From Candidatus Latescibacterota bacterium (GTDB taxonomy: Bacteria > Latescibacterota > UBA2968 > GCA-2709665): a stretch of 64,000 bases of DNA. The notes below the pieces were generated by a model, which had not been told where the DNA came from, did no database searches, and worked only from the letters and a program-made list of their open reading frames with translations. How positions within the stretch are numbered: position 1 is the stretch's first letter; every line of letters starts with the position of its first letter. Below are positions 1-9,800 of the stretch, piece by piece. Location: contig OZ220733.1 in NCBI GenBank assembly GCA_965116875.1, positions 32,001-96,000 of the forward strand. Direction: 5' to 3'. The translations under genes were made by a program, and so were the position numbers.

Positions 1-704
1 AACGCCAGCAGGATGGCGCTGTATACGCTGATCTGCGTCGCTGTCCTCCGGCCCGCCGGATCGTCGATGGAAATCATATTGAATCCGCCGCGGGCGTAGT
101 CGTCCCGGTAGATCCACGCGATGGAGAAAAAGTGCGGAAACTGCCACAGGAACAGAATGCCGAACAACAGCCACGCGCCTGTGCCGACCTCCCCCTGCGC
201 CGCGGCCCAGCCTCCCATTGGCGGCAGGGCGCCCGCAACGGCGCCGACGGCGGTGTTGTGCGTCGACCTCCGCTTCAACGGCGTATACAGGAACAGATAG
301 ATGACCGTTGTCAGCCCTGCCAGAAAGCCCGCCAACCAGTTGATTTGCAGCCCCATATACAGGACACCGGCGCCGGACAGCAGCAACCCGAATAGATAGG
401 CTTCCTCAGCGTACAGGCGGCCGGCAGGCAGGGGCCGGTTCGCTGTACGCTCCATCCGGGCGTCCGTTTTTCGTTCCAGATACTGGTTCAGAACGGCCGA
501 TCCGCTCGCGACCAGGACCGTCGCCAGCAGCGTATGAAGGAGCCGAGCGGACTCGAAGACACCGGCCGCGCCCACAACGAATCCAACCGTTGCACTCAAG
601 ACGACAAAGACCGTTATCTTGGGCTTGGTGAGGGCCAGATAATCCATCAGGCGCGCCCACGACAAAGCCCCATCCGCCATCCCGGCCTCAACCCGCGGTT
701 TCAT
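1..704 (-). CDS. cyoE: Protoheme IX farnesyltransferase (heme O synthase), 3' end outside the window
   Basis: Hand translation of the - strand gives MKPRVEAG...YLALTKPKIT...WLLFGILFLWQFPHFFSIAWIYRDDYARGG, the UbiA/CyoE signature. GGAGG RBS at 716-720. It follows heme A synthase. Confidence 0.92.
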   Translation of the reverse strand, partial: MKPRVEAGMADGALSWARLMDYLALTKPKITVFVVLSATVGFVVGAAGVFESARLLHTLLATVLVASGSAVLNQYLERKTDARMERTANRPLPAGRLYAEEAYLFGLLLSGAGVLYMGLQINWLAGFLAGLTTVIYLFLYTPLKRRSTHNTAVGAVAGALPPMGGWAAAQGEVGTGAWLLFGILFLWQFPHFFSIAWIYRDDYARGGFNMISIDDPAGRRTATQISVYSAILLA

Positions 705-725
705 GGAACAATAGACCTCCAACGA

Positions 726-1745
726 TCAGCGATCTGTGAACACAGAGACGACCCCGGGGTTTACGGCAGCGCAAATCCGCCATATGCGCAGCGTCAGCAC
801 CAGGCTGGTGGCAAGCGCCATCGCTCCCACGACCACGTGCAACGTCGTTATGGCAACCGCCTTGCCCGTCCAGATGACCAGGGCCCCCAGCGCCAGTTGA
901 ACGATAAGCAGCACCAACAAAACCACGGAGGGCGTCGTCAGATCGGGCCTGGACCCGTGCCTGCGCAGGACGCGGTACGCCGTCCAGATGAGAACACCGG
1001 ACACCACAACCGCCCACGCCCGATGGGCAAAGTGAACGGCAACACGGGTCCGCAGCGTTTCGATTGAAATGGGAAACGGGTCCGTGGCGTCCACGGTCAA
1101 TTCGGAAAACGGCGGAATCAAACGGCCGAAGGAAAGCGGGAAATCGGGAATGGCAAGACCGGATTCGGTATGCCGCATCAGCGCGCCGAGTACAAGCTGG
1201 ATGAAAACCACAATCGTGCCGGCCGCCGCCAGCCATTTCAGCGGCGCCCCACCCGCGTCCGGCATCGGTTCCGCCGCCGCTCGCCAGCCGGCCGAAGTGA
1301 ACAGCGCGATGCCCACGGTAAGACAGAAAAAGGCCTGCGCCAGGCAGGCGTGACTCACGGATATCCACGTGGGCAGGAGAAAGAGTACCGTCAACCCGCC
1401 CAGCAGGCCCTGCAGGACAACCGCGGCCAGGGCTGCCGCACCCAGGTTGCACAACCACCGCCGCTCCTCCCGCCGCCACAACCAGATGGCGAGAACCGTC
1501 GTCAGGATTCCCACGAACGCCGCCACCATCCGGTGGCCGTGTTCGTAGAAGATTCCGCCGACCATGGGCGGAAATACCATTCCATACGAAAGCGGCCAGT
1601 CCGGTACCGCCAGCCCCGAACCCGTACTGCTGACCATCGCGCCGGCGAAAATTAAAAAAAGGGTCGCGCCAGCCGTGAACACGGAGAACCGGTGCAGCCA
1701 GCGATACCCCTTCGACGTCGCGAAATCCGTTTCCGTCCGGCTCAC
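726..1745 (-). CDS. ctaA: Heme A synthase (COX15/CtaA family)
   Basis: GSGLAVPDWP, EHGHR, HACLAQ, HFAHR and LHV His motifs; multiple TM helices. Start placed at GTG 1745, just after the upstream gene's stop (ORF track extends to 1817). Confidence 0.9.
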   Translation of the reverse strand: MSRTETDFATSKGYRWLHRFSVFTAGATLFLIFAGAMVSSTGSGLAVPDWPLSYGMVFPPMVGGIFYEHGHRMVAAFVGILTTVLAIWLWRREERRWLCNLGAAALAAVVLQGLLGGLTVLFLLPTWISVSHACLAQAFFCLTVGIALFTSAGWRAAAEPMPDAGGAPLKWLAAAGTIVVFIQLVLGALMRHTESGLAIPDFPLSFGRLIPPFSELTVDATDPFPISIETLRTRVAVHFAHRAWAVVVSGVLIWTAYRVLRRHGSRPDLTTPSVVLLVLLIVQLALGALVIWTGKAVAITTLHVVVGAMALATSLVLTLRIWRICAAVNPGVVSVFTDR

Positions 1746-1758
1746 CCGCCAACCCTGC

Positions 1759-2049
1759 CTATTCCGCGTCGGCGGCAAGCCATTTGCCGTCCATACCGAG
1801 CATCCCTGATCCGCCACGGGACTGCTCCCGCACGTTCCCGTAACGTCGCGCCCGGCGCACCCAGAATATCGTCACGCCGACAATGCCAACCAGCACGGAC
1901 ACGACGATGCCCATCAGCACCAGAACCCCCGCGGCAGCGCCCTTCGCCATATCGGATTCGGGATCCCCGTAACACACCGCGCAGGCCCGGGCTATTTCAG
2001 GAAGCATCACTCCGAGGGCCGCGGCCGCGGCAACCCAGATGCGTCTCAC
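1759..2049 (-). CDS. Small membrane protein with signal peptide and CAVC motif, in the oxidase operon
   Basis: Signal-like N-terminus ending ARA-CAVCYGDP, then one TM helix. GTG start overlaps the upstream TGA (GTGA). Confidence 0.7.
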   Translation of the reverse strand: MRRIWVAAAAALGVMLPEIARACAVCYGDPESDMAKGAAAGVLVLMGIVVSVLVGIVGVTIFWVRRARRYGNVREQSRGGSGMLGMDGKWLAADAE

Positions 2050-2252
2050 AGATAACTCCATCCCTTGAGCTTTTTCAGAAACCAGAGGCCGTACCAGACA
2101 AGGACGCCGCTCCCCGCGAATGAACCCGCGCCCAGTACGAGATTCGTCCCGTTGCCCGTTGTGACCCAGTCCTGAATCGCCCAGACGCCAAAACCCAGAC
2201 AGCAGAGAATGGACACGGTGACAAAGACCACGTGGAATGCTTTCAGAGACAT
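2046..2252 (-). CDS. Small 2-TM membrane protein in the oxidase operon
   Basis: 68 aa MSLKAFHVVFV...; two hydrophobic segments; translationally coupled to the next gene. Confidence 0.75.
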   Translation of the reverse strand: MSLKAFHVVFVTVSILCCLGFGVWAIQDWVTTGNGTNLVLGAGSFAGSGVLVWYGLWFLKKLKGWSYL

Positions 2253-2271
2253 TGCTTTCTCCGATTCAGGA

Positions 2272-2583
2272 CTACCCGTCCATTTCGCCCGCGCCGGTGA
2301 ACTCCGTAAAGGACGGCAGCAGCATCAGTACCACGAAAAAGGCGACCGTGAGCGCCAGAACCCAGTATATGATCTGTTTTTCAGATACCAGATGCATGAA
2401 ATACCCGGCGACCAGCCCGCCCTTGATACTCGCGATGAACAGCGCGATCAGAACCGTAGCCGCCACCGACTCGATCTGGAGATAGGAGACGCCAACCGTT
2501 ACGACCGTTAGCACGGCCAGCGCGGCAAACACCAGAATGTAGATCCGTACGTGTTTTCTGATCTCTTCAGCGCTCTCAGCCAT
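2272..2583 (-). CDS. ctaF: Cytochrome c oxidase subunit IV (COX4_pro family)
   Basis: 3 TM helices, IASIKGGLVAGYFMHL motif, position after subunit III. Confidence 0.88.
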   Translation of the reverse strand: MAESAEEIRKHVRIYILVFAALAVLTVVTVGVSYLQIESVAATVLIALFIASIKGGLVAGYFMHLVSEKQIIYWVLALTVAFFVVLMLLPSFTEFTGAGEMDG

Positions 2584-2593
2584 ACCACGCTCC

Positions 2594-3241
2594 TTACAGC
2601 AGATAGAGAATCGGGAACAGGAAGATCCAGACCAGATCCACGAAGTGCCAGTAGAGTCCGGCGCACTCGATCCGGTTGGCGAATTGCTCGGGCGCCGTAT
2701 GCCAGAGCTTGCTTCCGGGGAAGAGCAGGTAGAGATTCACCACGATGCCGCCGATCACGTGCAAACCGTGCAGGCCGGTCATCGTAAAGTACGTTGCGTA
2801 AAACGTACTCGTGGACGGATAGATACCAAGATGAAACTTGTGGGTATATTCGAAATACTTCACAACAAGGAACACGAACGCCAGCAATACCGTCAGGCCC
2901 AGATAGAGCTTGAACCTTCCGAAATTGTCCAGTTTCAGGGATGCCCAGGCCATAACCATCGTCACACTGGAGGCGATGAGCACGAATGTATTCAACGTGG
3001 CCAGCGGTACGTTCAGCAACTCCGAGCCGTGAGGCCAGGTTGGCGCCCCCACCCTGAGCAGGACCAGCGTTGAGAACAGCGCGCCGAACAGCATGACCTC
3101 GGAGGCCAGGAACAACCAGATCCCGAACTTCCCGTTATACACCCCCGTTATCGGATGCGGTTCCACCGTGTGGGGAATTTCTTCAACGGACACCGTCTGT
3201 CTCCTTTGCGTTTGTGGCGGTCGAACCAGGCGGTTCCACAA
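2594..3241 (-). CDS. ctaE: Cytochrome c oxidase subunit III (short form)
   Basis: WLFLASEVMLF, TGLHGLHV, YWHFVDLVW motifs. True start may be slightly downstream. Confidence 0.93.
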   Translation of the reverse strand: MWNRLVRPPQTQRRQTVSVEEIPHTVEPHPITGVYNGKFGIWLFLASEVMLFGALFSTLVLLRVGAPTWPHGSELLNVPLATLNTFVLIASSVTMVMAWASLKLDNFGRFKLYLGLTVLLAFVFLVVKYFEYTHKFHLGIYPSTSTFYATYFTMTGLHGLHVIGGIVVNLYLLFPGSKLWHTAPEQFANRIECAGLYWHFVDLVWIFLFPILYLL

Positions 3242-3260
3242 TCATTCCCGGGCGACCGGC

Positions 3261-5057
3261 CTAGTCGTCGTCTGCGGAGGTGGGCGCCGGCTCAGGTTCC
3301 GGCCGGGCCGCCTGCCCGTTCTCAGACGCGTGCTGCGGCGTGAAATCGCTCGACGCGCCGGGCACACTGTATTCGTAAGGCCCCCGGTATACTCTGGGCG
3401 TCACCGCGAAATTCCCGTGCGGCGGGGGCGTGGGTGTCGCCCATTCGAGCGTGGTGGCCTGCCATGGATTGTCCGACTCCACCTTCCTGCCCTTCCTGAT
3501 ACTGATAAAGAAGTTGATGATGAAGAAAATCTGCGCCAGCCCCAGCAGCCATGCAGACCAGGAACTCATCGACGTCAGGCCCTGCACCTGCGCCCCGTAA
3601 GCGTACTGCGTCTGGTCGTACAGACGCCTGGAAACCCCCGCCATACCCACGAACAACATCGGCATGAACACACCGTTCATGAAAATCAGGCTGCTCCAGA
3701 AGTGCAGCTTGCCCAACGCATCGTTCATCATGCGTCCCGTGACCTTGGGGAACCAGTAGTAGATCCCGGCGAACAGTGCGAAAATCGTGCCCGGCGCCAC
3801 CACATAGTGGAAGTGGCCGATCACGTAATAGGTATCGTGCAGATGCAGGTCCGCGGCCGTGAGGCCCAGCGGCAGCCCTGTCAACCCGCCGATGGCGAAC
3901 ATGGGAATGAACGCCAGGCAGAACAGCATGGGTACCGTAAACCGGATGGACCCGCCGTGGAGGCTCAACGCGAGCGCCGTCAGGATAATAACCGACGGGA
4001 TGGAGATGATCATGGTCGTGGCCTGGAAGAAGGTACTGATTGTCGTGCCCATTCCGGTCATGAACATGTGGTGCGCCCAGACGATAAACGACATGAACCC
4101 GAGAAAGATAATCGAGTAGACCAGCGTGCGATACCCCCACAGCGGCCGGCGCGTGTTGTTGGCCACGATCTCGCCGACAATGCCGATTGCCGGAAGAATC
4201 AGCACGTAGACTTCCGGATGCGCGAGAAACCAGAACAGATGCTGCCACAACAGCGGGCTGCCGCCGCCGCTCACCTCCAGCGGCTGTCCTGTTACGACCA
4301 GTCCGCTCGGCATGAAAAAGCTGGTACCCGCGATCCGATCCATAAGCTGCATGACGCCGGCGGCTTCGAGCGGCGGAAACGCCAGCAGCAGCAGAAACGC
4401 CGTCACGAACTGCGCCCACACGAAAAAGGGCAGCCGGAAAAACGAAAGCCCTTCGGCCCTCATCTGCACCGTAGTTACGATGAAATTCACCGAACCCAGC
4501 AGAGAAGACGTGATCAGGGCGACCATGCCCCACAGCCACCATGTCTGCCCCGTCGGCGCGATATTGGCCAGAGGCGGATAGGACGTCCAGCCGGACTGCG
4601 CCGCGCCTTCGGGCACGAAAAAGCTGGCCAGCATAATGATTCCGCCCACGACGAACACCCAGTAACTGGCCATATTCAGCTTCGGAAACGCCATGTCCGG
4701 CGCGCCGATCTGCAGTGGCAGCACGTAGTTTCCAAATCCGCCTACCGCCAGCGGTACCACACCCATAAAGACCATGATTGTGCCGTGCATCGCGCCCAGC
4801 TGATTGTAGAACTCGGGAACCATGATGCCTTCCGGCATGTTGATCTCGCCGAACAAACCCCCGATCCACGGCATCGGCTGTCCCGGATAGGCCAGTTGCC
4901 ACCGCATCATCATCATCAGGCAAAAGCCGAAGAACAGGAAAAACAGGGCCGTTACCGCATACTGGATCCCGATGACCTTGTGATCGGTTGAGAATACGTA
5001 CTTCTGCCAGAACGGCAACTCGTGGTGTCCGTGGTCACCATGTTCGTGCTCAGCCAT
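3261..5057 (-). CDS. ctaD: Heme-copper oxidase subunit I, A family (A1-type HPEVY)
   Basis: TDHKVIG, MHGTIM, PDMAFP, WFLAHPEVY, WAHH and GHFHY motifs. Confidence 0.96.
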   Translation of the reverse strand: MAEHEHGDHGHHELPFWQKYVFSTDHKVIGIQYAVTALFFLFFGFCLMMMMRWQLAYPGQPMPWIGGLFGEINMPEGIMVPEFYNQLGAMHGTIMVFMGVVPLAVGGFGNYVLPLQIGAPDMAFPKLNMASYWVFVVGGIIMLASFFVPEGAAQSGWTSYPPLANIAPTGQTWWLWGMVALITSSLLGSVNFIVTTVQMRAEGLSFFRLPFFVWAQFVTAFLLLLAFPPLEAAGVMQLMDRIAGTSFFMPSGLVVTGQPLEVSGGGSPLLWQHLFWFLAHPEVYVLILPAIGIVGEIVANNTRRPLWGYRTLVYSIIFLGFMSFIVWAHHMFMTGMGTTISTFFQATTMIISIPSVIILTALALSLHGGSIRFTVPMLFCLAFIPMFAIGGLTGLPLGLTAADLHLHDTYYVIGHFHYVVAPGTIFALFAGIYYWFPKVTGRMMNDALGKLHFWSSLIFMNGVFMPMLFVGMAGVSRRLYDQTQYAYGAQVQGLTSMSSWSAWLLGLAQIFFIINFFISIRKGRKVESDNPWQATTLEWATPTPPPHGNFAVTPRVYRGPYEYSVPGASSDFTPQHASENGQAARPEPEPAPTSADDD

Positions 5058-5069
5058 AAAAGGGACTCC

Positions 5070-5840
5070 TTAGAAGGAAAAATCATCTTCTTCGGCGGCT
5101 GCGCCGGACTGCTCGTCGAACCAGGCCTGAAAGGCCTCTTCCGACTCAACCGTCAACTGCCCGCGCATGCGATAGTGACCCAGACCGCACAACTGGGCGC
5201 AGGCAATGTCGAATGTTCCTGCCCTGGTTGCCTCGAACCAGATCCGGATATCCTGTCCGGGAATCGCATCCTGCGTCAGGCGCATCACGGGGATCTTGAA
5301 ACTGTGAATGACGTCTTTCGACGAAATGTGCGCGATGACAGGCTTGTCCTTCACAATATGCAGGTTGTTGATGGAATTGAAATCGTCGTTGCCGTCGGGA
5401 TCGTCGGGGTCCAGTCCCAGCAGATTATCGGCGCTGACAAACACGGGCGCCGTCCGTCCGAATTTCCCGTCTTTCCCCGAGTAGTGGATATTCCAGGCGA
5501 ACTGTTCCGGTACCACCCGCACCACGAGCGCCTCGGATTCCTCCGGAAACGCGTGTTTGAAATCCGCCCAGAGCGGCATGGAAAGCCCCAGAAGCAGCAC
5601 GGCCTCGACGACAATCACGCCGTACTCCACGTACTTGGCGATTTTGCCCTTTATGGGGGCGTAGGTCGCGTCGGGGTTTGCCCTCCTCCGGTAGCGGACA
5701 AGGCAGTAGACGAAGAAGACGCCCCAACCCAGAAACAACGCGATCATGAACACGTGCAGCCAATTGATCAGCCAATCCACGGTTGCGCCGTGGGTTGAGA
5801 TGTCAATTGGCAGCCAGTAACCGTACACCTTTTCTTGCAT
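5070..5840 (-). CDS. ctaC: Cytochrome c oxidase subunit II (CuA)
   Basis: Two TM helices; DVIHS and CAQLCGLGHYRM CuA ligands; no fused cytochrome c. Confidence 0.94.
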   Translation of the reverse strand: MQEKVYGYWLPIDISTHGATVDWLINWLHVFMIALFLGWGVFFVYCLVRYRRRANPDATYAPIKGKIAKYVEYGVIVVEAVLLLGLSMPLWADFKHAFPEESEALVVRVVPEQFAWNIHYSGKDGKFGRTAPVFVSADNLLGLDPDDPDGNDDFNSINNLHIVKDKPVIAHISSKDVIHSFKIPVMRLTQDAIPGQDIRIWFEATRAGTFDIACAQLCGLGHYRMRGQLTVESEEAFQAWFDEQSGAAAEEDDFSF

Positions 5841-5859
5841 TCGGGACCCCTCCCCTTTT

Positions 5860-5958
5860 CAGCCCGCTGAAAAAGTCCATCCGGGCTACGGCCGGCCCTT
5901 GCGGTCGAAAACCTGCGTTGCTCGGTCTCGCCTGCAGAGCAACTTTTCCAACGGACTG
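5860..5958. mobile_element. MITE family A, internally deleted copy (99 bp)
   Basis: Ends CAGCCCGCTGAAAAAGTCC ... GCAACTTTTCCAACGGACTG form imperfect terminal inverted repeats. Colinear with the reverse complement of 53491-53673 minus an internal segment. Confidence 0.8.
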
Positions 5959-6020
5959 CAATTTTCGCGGGGCGGACCCGAAATCCCGCCTCGCATGGTC
6001 AATCCTGAGGATTGCGCCTG

Positions 6021-6764
6021 CTACTTCTTTCTCGGCTTGATCTTGAACGTGAAGTCCAGGGTCATGGACTCGCCGTCGGCGACCGTGACTTCCTGCGTCA
6101 TCGTGCCCAGCCGCGCACTTTCGTGCCACGCCTCGATCGTGTACGTGCCCGCCGGCAGCCCCGCGATCTCAAATTTGCCGCCTTCCCCGCTGACGGCGAA
6201 GAACGGGTGATCCATCACGCCGATATAGGATTGCATCCAGGGATGCACGTCGCACTTGACCGGTACCATCACCTCCGACTTCGCGAACGAAATCGTGGTC
6301 TTCTTCATGAACTTCGGCATCGCTTTGTTGATTTCGGCGGAGTTCTGCGGCTTCGGGTGGATATTGTGGAGCGTCCCGTCGCTGTTGAGCACCGTGATCG
6401 GCTGCCCTGCCCTGACGCCCATAACGTGCGGAACGTAAATGCACCCCTGCTGGTCCAGAACGGCGGGTTCGGAGGGCGCGTCGAACTTCCTGCCCTCCAG
6501 GCCCTTCTTGACGTAGACGAACACGTTGTGCAGGCCCCCGTCGTCTTCAACCACCACGACCTCGCTCAACGCCGGACCGCTCGTGTGTTTTCCGGCACAT
6601 ACGGGGTCGGCCGCCATCTGAATCTTCTTCCGCCCCGGTTTCTTTCCGCCCGGCAGTTCCAGCTTGACGGTGCCGGTAACCGTACCACCGGCCACCGCGT
6701 CTCCGGACGCAAAACTGGCGAAACTCAGGGCCATGAATGCTGCGATCAAACCGCGTCGTTTCAT
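6021..6764 (-). CDS. Secreted cupredoxin-like / carboxypeptidase-regulatory-like domain protein
   Basis: Signal peptide; LDQQGCIYVPHV, NSDGTLHNIH and KCDVHPWM motifs; C-terminal LPAGTYTIEAWHE beta-sandwich. Confidence 0.75.
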   Translation of the reverse strand: MKRRGLIAAFMALSFASFASGDAVAGGTVTGTVKLELPGGKKPGRKKIQMAADPVCAGKHTSGPALSEVVVVEDDGGLHNVFVYVKKGLEGRKFDAPSEPAVLDQQGCIYVPHVMGVRAGQPITVLNSDGTLHNIHPKPQNSAEINKAMPKFMKKTTISFAKSEVMVPVKCDVHPWMQSYIGVMDHPFFAVSGEGGKFEIAGLPAGTYTIEAWHESARLGTMTQEVTVADGESMTLDFTFKIKPRKK

Positions 6765-6873
6765 TTTACATCCCCTCTCTTCTGGTTGCAGTTTGCCGGC
6801 CGGACGCCCATTGCTCCCGCGCCGGCGGACGCTCCTTTGACATTTTCAATCGTAAAGACACTCGAAGTTCCAA

Positions 6874-9800
6874 CTATCTGCTGGTGAGTCTGGAACCCTG
6901 ATGGAGTCCATGGATGATGTAGTCCGTAAGGGCCCGGATGACCACGTCGGTCGGCAGCACGAGCAGGCCGTCCTCCGGCTTTACCCCCTCAGGCAGATTC
7001 AGATAGGCGGCCATTTCCTCCGGGAGGTAGGTCATTTCATCGCCGAAGAACGTGGGCATCTTGGTACCCGGCTGAAGCTTCTGCGGATCCCACAGCCAGT
7101 CTCTGATCCACGCCGGTTTCAACCGCTCCCTGCCCAGCTTCAGGTCGGGCGCCCAGCTTGCAGGGTCGCCCGTGGGCTTGATATCACCCTGCTGGTGGCA
7201 GGTGAAACAGTTGTAGATGTCCGCGCTGAACAGCTTCTTCGCGCCGCTCAATTCCCGTGAACTCAACCTCTTGTGCACAAACGTGGCGTAGGGGAACTGC
7301 TCCTTGTCCAGCCGGGAGAAATAGGTAACCAGGTCGATGGCCTGCTGGTCTTCGAAACCGAACGTGGGCATCCGTACCTCGAGCCACGGACGGATCGGCT
7401 GCACGTTCTTCAGGAACGCGAAGAACCAGTCCGGCTGGACCTTCCGGCCCTCGCCGTTCAGCGATGGCGGCACGAAACCCACGGCGTCGGCGGCTGAAAC
7501 ATCCTCGGCTCCGTATGCCCTGACCAGCGGATCCTGGATGGCCCCGCCCTGATTCTCCACAACGTGGCAGCCTTTGCAGTTCCTGTCGTACGCCAGCCAC
7601 CGGCCCTTCTCGATATCCACTTCATCCGGGGACAGGCGTTTGATCGCGTCGGTGCCCGCCTGGCTCCGGTTCATGCTCAACAGGGCCGTCGTCACCGCGT
7701 GCGCGTCATCGTCGCTCAGACCGAACTGGGGCATGCGCAGCTTGTCGTCGAACAGCTTCACCTTTCCCTTGTCGAAGACCCTGGGCTGTTTGAGCTTTTT
7801 GTAGAACCAGTCGTGCCGGGTATACGGTATGGCGTCGGGATCGGTGTTGTAGGAACCCGGCTTCTTGGCCAGCAGACCGAAGTCCAGCTTGTCTACGTCC
7901 TTGCTGCCTTCCTCTGTCAGTTCCGTGCCGATGGGTTGCGCGTCCTCGAATCCCTGAATGAGGTGGCACCCGTAGCAACCCTGTCGGGAGATGATCTTTT
8001 CACCCAGCCAGATGTCCCGCTCGTGCCCGGACATCTGAGCCAGCCGTTCGTTCGCGGTCTTCACCGGCAACCTGCCTCGCAGGTAGTTCAGAACCAGATC
8101 GTCCCGCACCCGGGGATCCACCGGCGCAGCCTGCCGGGCTTCAAACTCGGTATTCCGAAGGGTGAGCAGATAGGCCGTAATGTCTGCCGCCTCCCGGTCG
8201 GTCAGCCGCAGATTCGGCATGCGGGTGTCCGGGAAATAGGCCGTGGGATCTTTCAGCCATGCGAAAAGCCATCCCGGGGACAGCTTGCTGCCCACGTCGT
8301 TCAGGTTCGGGCCGAAATTCCGCAGCCCGTACTCCTGGCCAAGCATGTCGTTGGCGCCCACCACGTGGCACGCTTTGCAACCCACCATTCCCACGAGACG
8401 CTCTCCGCGGCCGGCATCGCCCTGTACCGGCGGCGAGGGGTATTCGGGCCGTTCGGACTTGTCGAAGATATACGTCACAACGGCGTTGACCGCGGCCGTA
8501 TTGCGCGCGATATCCTCAGGACCGCTCACGTTGGCCAGGTCGAAAATCTTGGGCATCTTGGTGGATGGCCGGAACCCTTTGGGATCCCTCACCCACTTGA
8601 TGGTCCAGTCTCGATCCAGCTTCCCTGCCGCCTTGCGCAGGTCCGGACCGACCCTCCGCAGATCCTGCAGGGTGTGTTTCGCAATTTTGTGACAGCCGGC
8701 GCAACCCAGCGTCCGAACGAGATGGATGCCGCGATTCAGCCGGTCCGCCTCGGGTACGTCCACAACGCCGGCGTGGCATTGGGCGCACGTGGCTTCCACG
8801 TAGCGGCCGGGCAGCATCGGGTGGTCCCAATATTTCATCTTCTTCCAGCCGTAAAGCTTTTTCCAGCGGGCGGCTTCGACGTCGTCGCTCGGCGTATGCG
8901 CCGTATTCTTGAACGTGACGCCCCGGTCGCGACCGAGATGACACGTGGTGCATCCTGACTCGTCAATGGGATGAGGCGATCCGCTGCTCAGGAAAAGGTC
9001 CAGTCTGGGATGCGTGGAGAACGCCCTGGTGCGGCCGAGCCGGACATCATCGTCCGCGTAGACCGTTTCCATGTACGCCCGAAGCGTTTCATCCCTGAAC
9101 CAGCCGGATTCCGGATCGAGTTCGTAGCCCGGCCGATCGATGTTCACGTGACACGTTGTACATCGGTCCACCCGGGGAACCCGGGTAAAATTGAGTTCGT
9201 TCCGAAGGTCCGCCAGCACGACCTGCCGTACCTTAATGGAAGGATCGATAAAGTCAACCATCGGCAGGTTTCGGAACACATTGGGGAAACTGGGGACGAG
9301 ACCCGTCAACTTGCGCCTCAGGTTCTCTTCATCCTTGCGCAAGGTGCGCCGCCTGGACTCAAGCGCCTGTCGCTGCCCCGCCACCTCGTCGATGAACTTC
9401 TGCTGCGCCGCCTGCTTTTCCTCCACGGCCTCTCTGGCCAGCCGGAACTCGTAGATCCGGGCGTCCATGGCCTCCATCTCGGCCTTTTTCTTTGCCGCCG
9501 TATCGTCATGCCCGGCTTTGGCCGCGTCCTCGTACTCGAACTTGACCACGTCGTACTGGGCCTTTTCGAATTTCAATTTCTGATCGGCGCTGTACCATTC
9601 CGCCTGCGTAAGCCGTTTCAACTCGTCCGTTGCCGCATCGAATCGGTCCTGGTGCGCCTGAATTGCCGCCTCGATCCCCTTGAGTTCCTCCTCGACCGCC
9701 GTAAACGCGTCCTGGTCGACGTTCTGCTGCGCCAGCTTGATGTCCGCTTCGGTCTTGTAGGCCTCGAGCGCCATCGCTTCCTTCTGAATGCCCTTCCACT

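Noticed and set aside
3093-4991. Long + strand ORF of 632 aa, and similar ones at 7564-8958, 24275-25732, 31251-32642, 47212-48807 and 55303-56544
   Set aside because: They are antisense shadows of well-supported genes, expected in high-GC DNA, and have no recognisable motifs.
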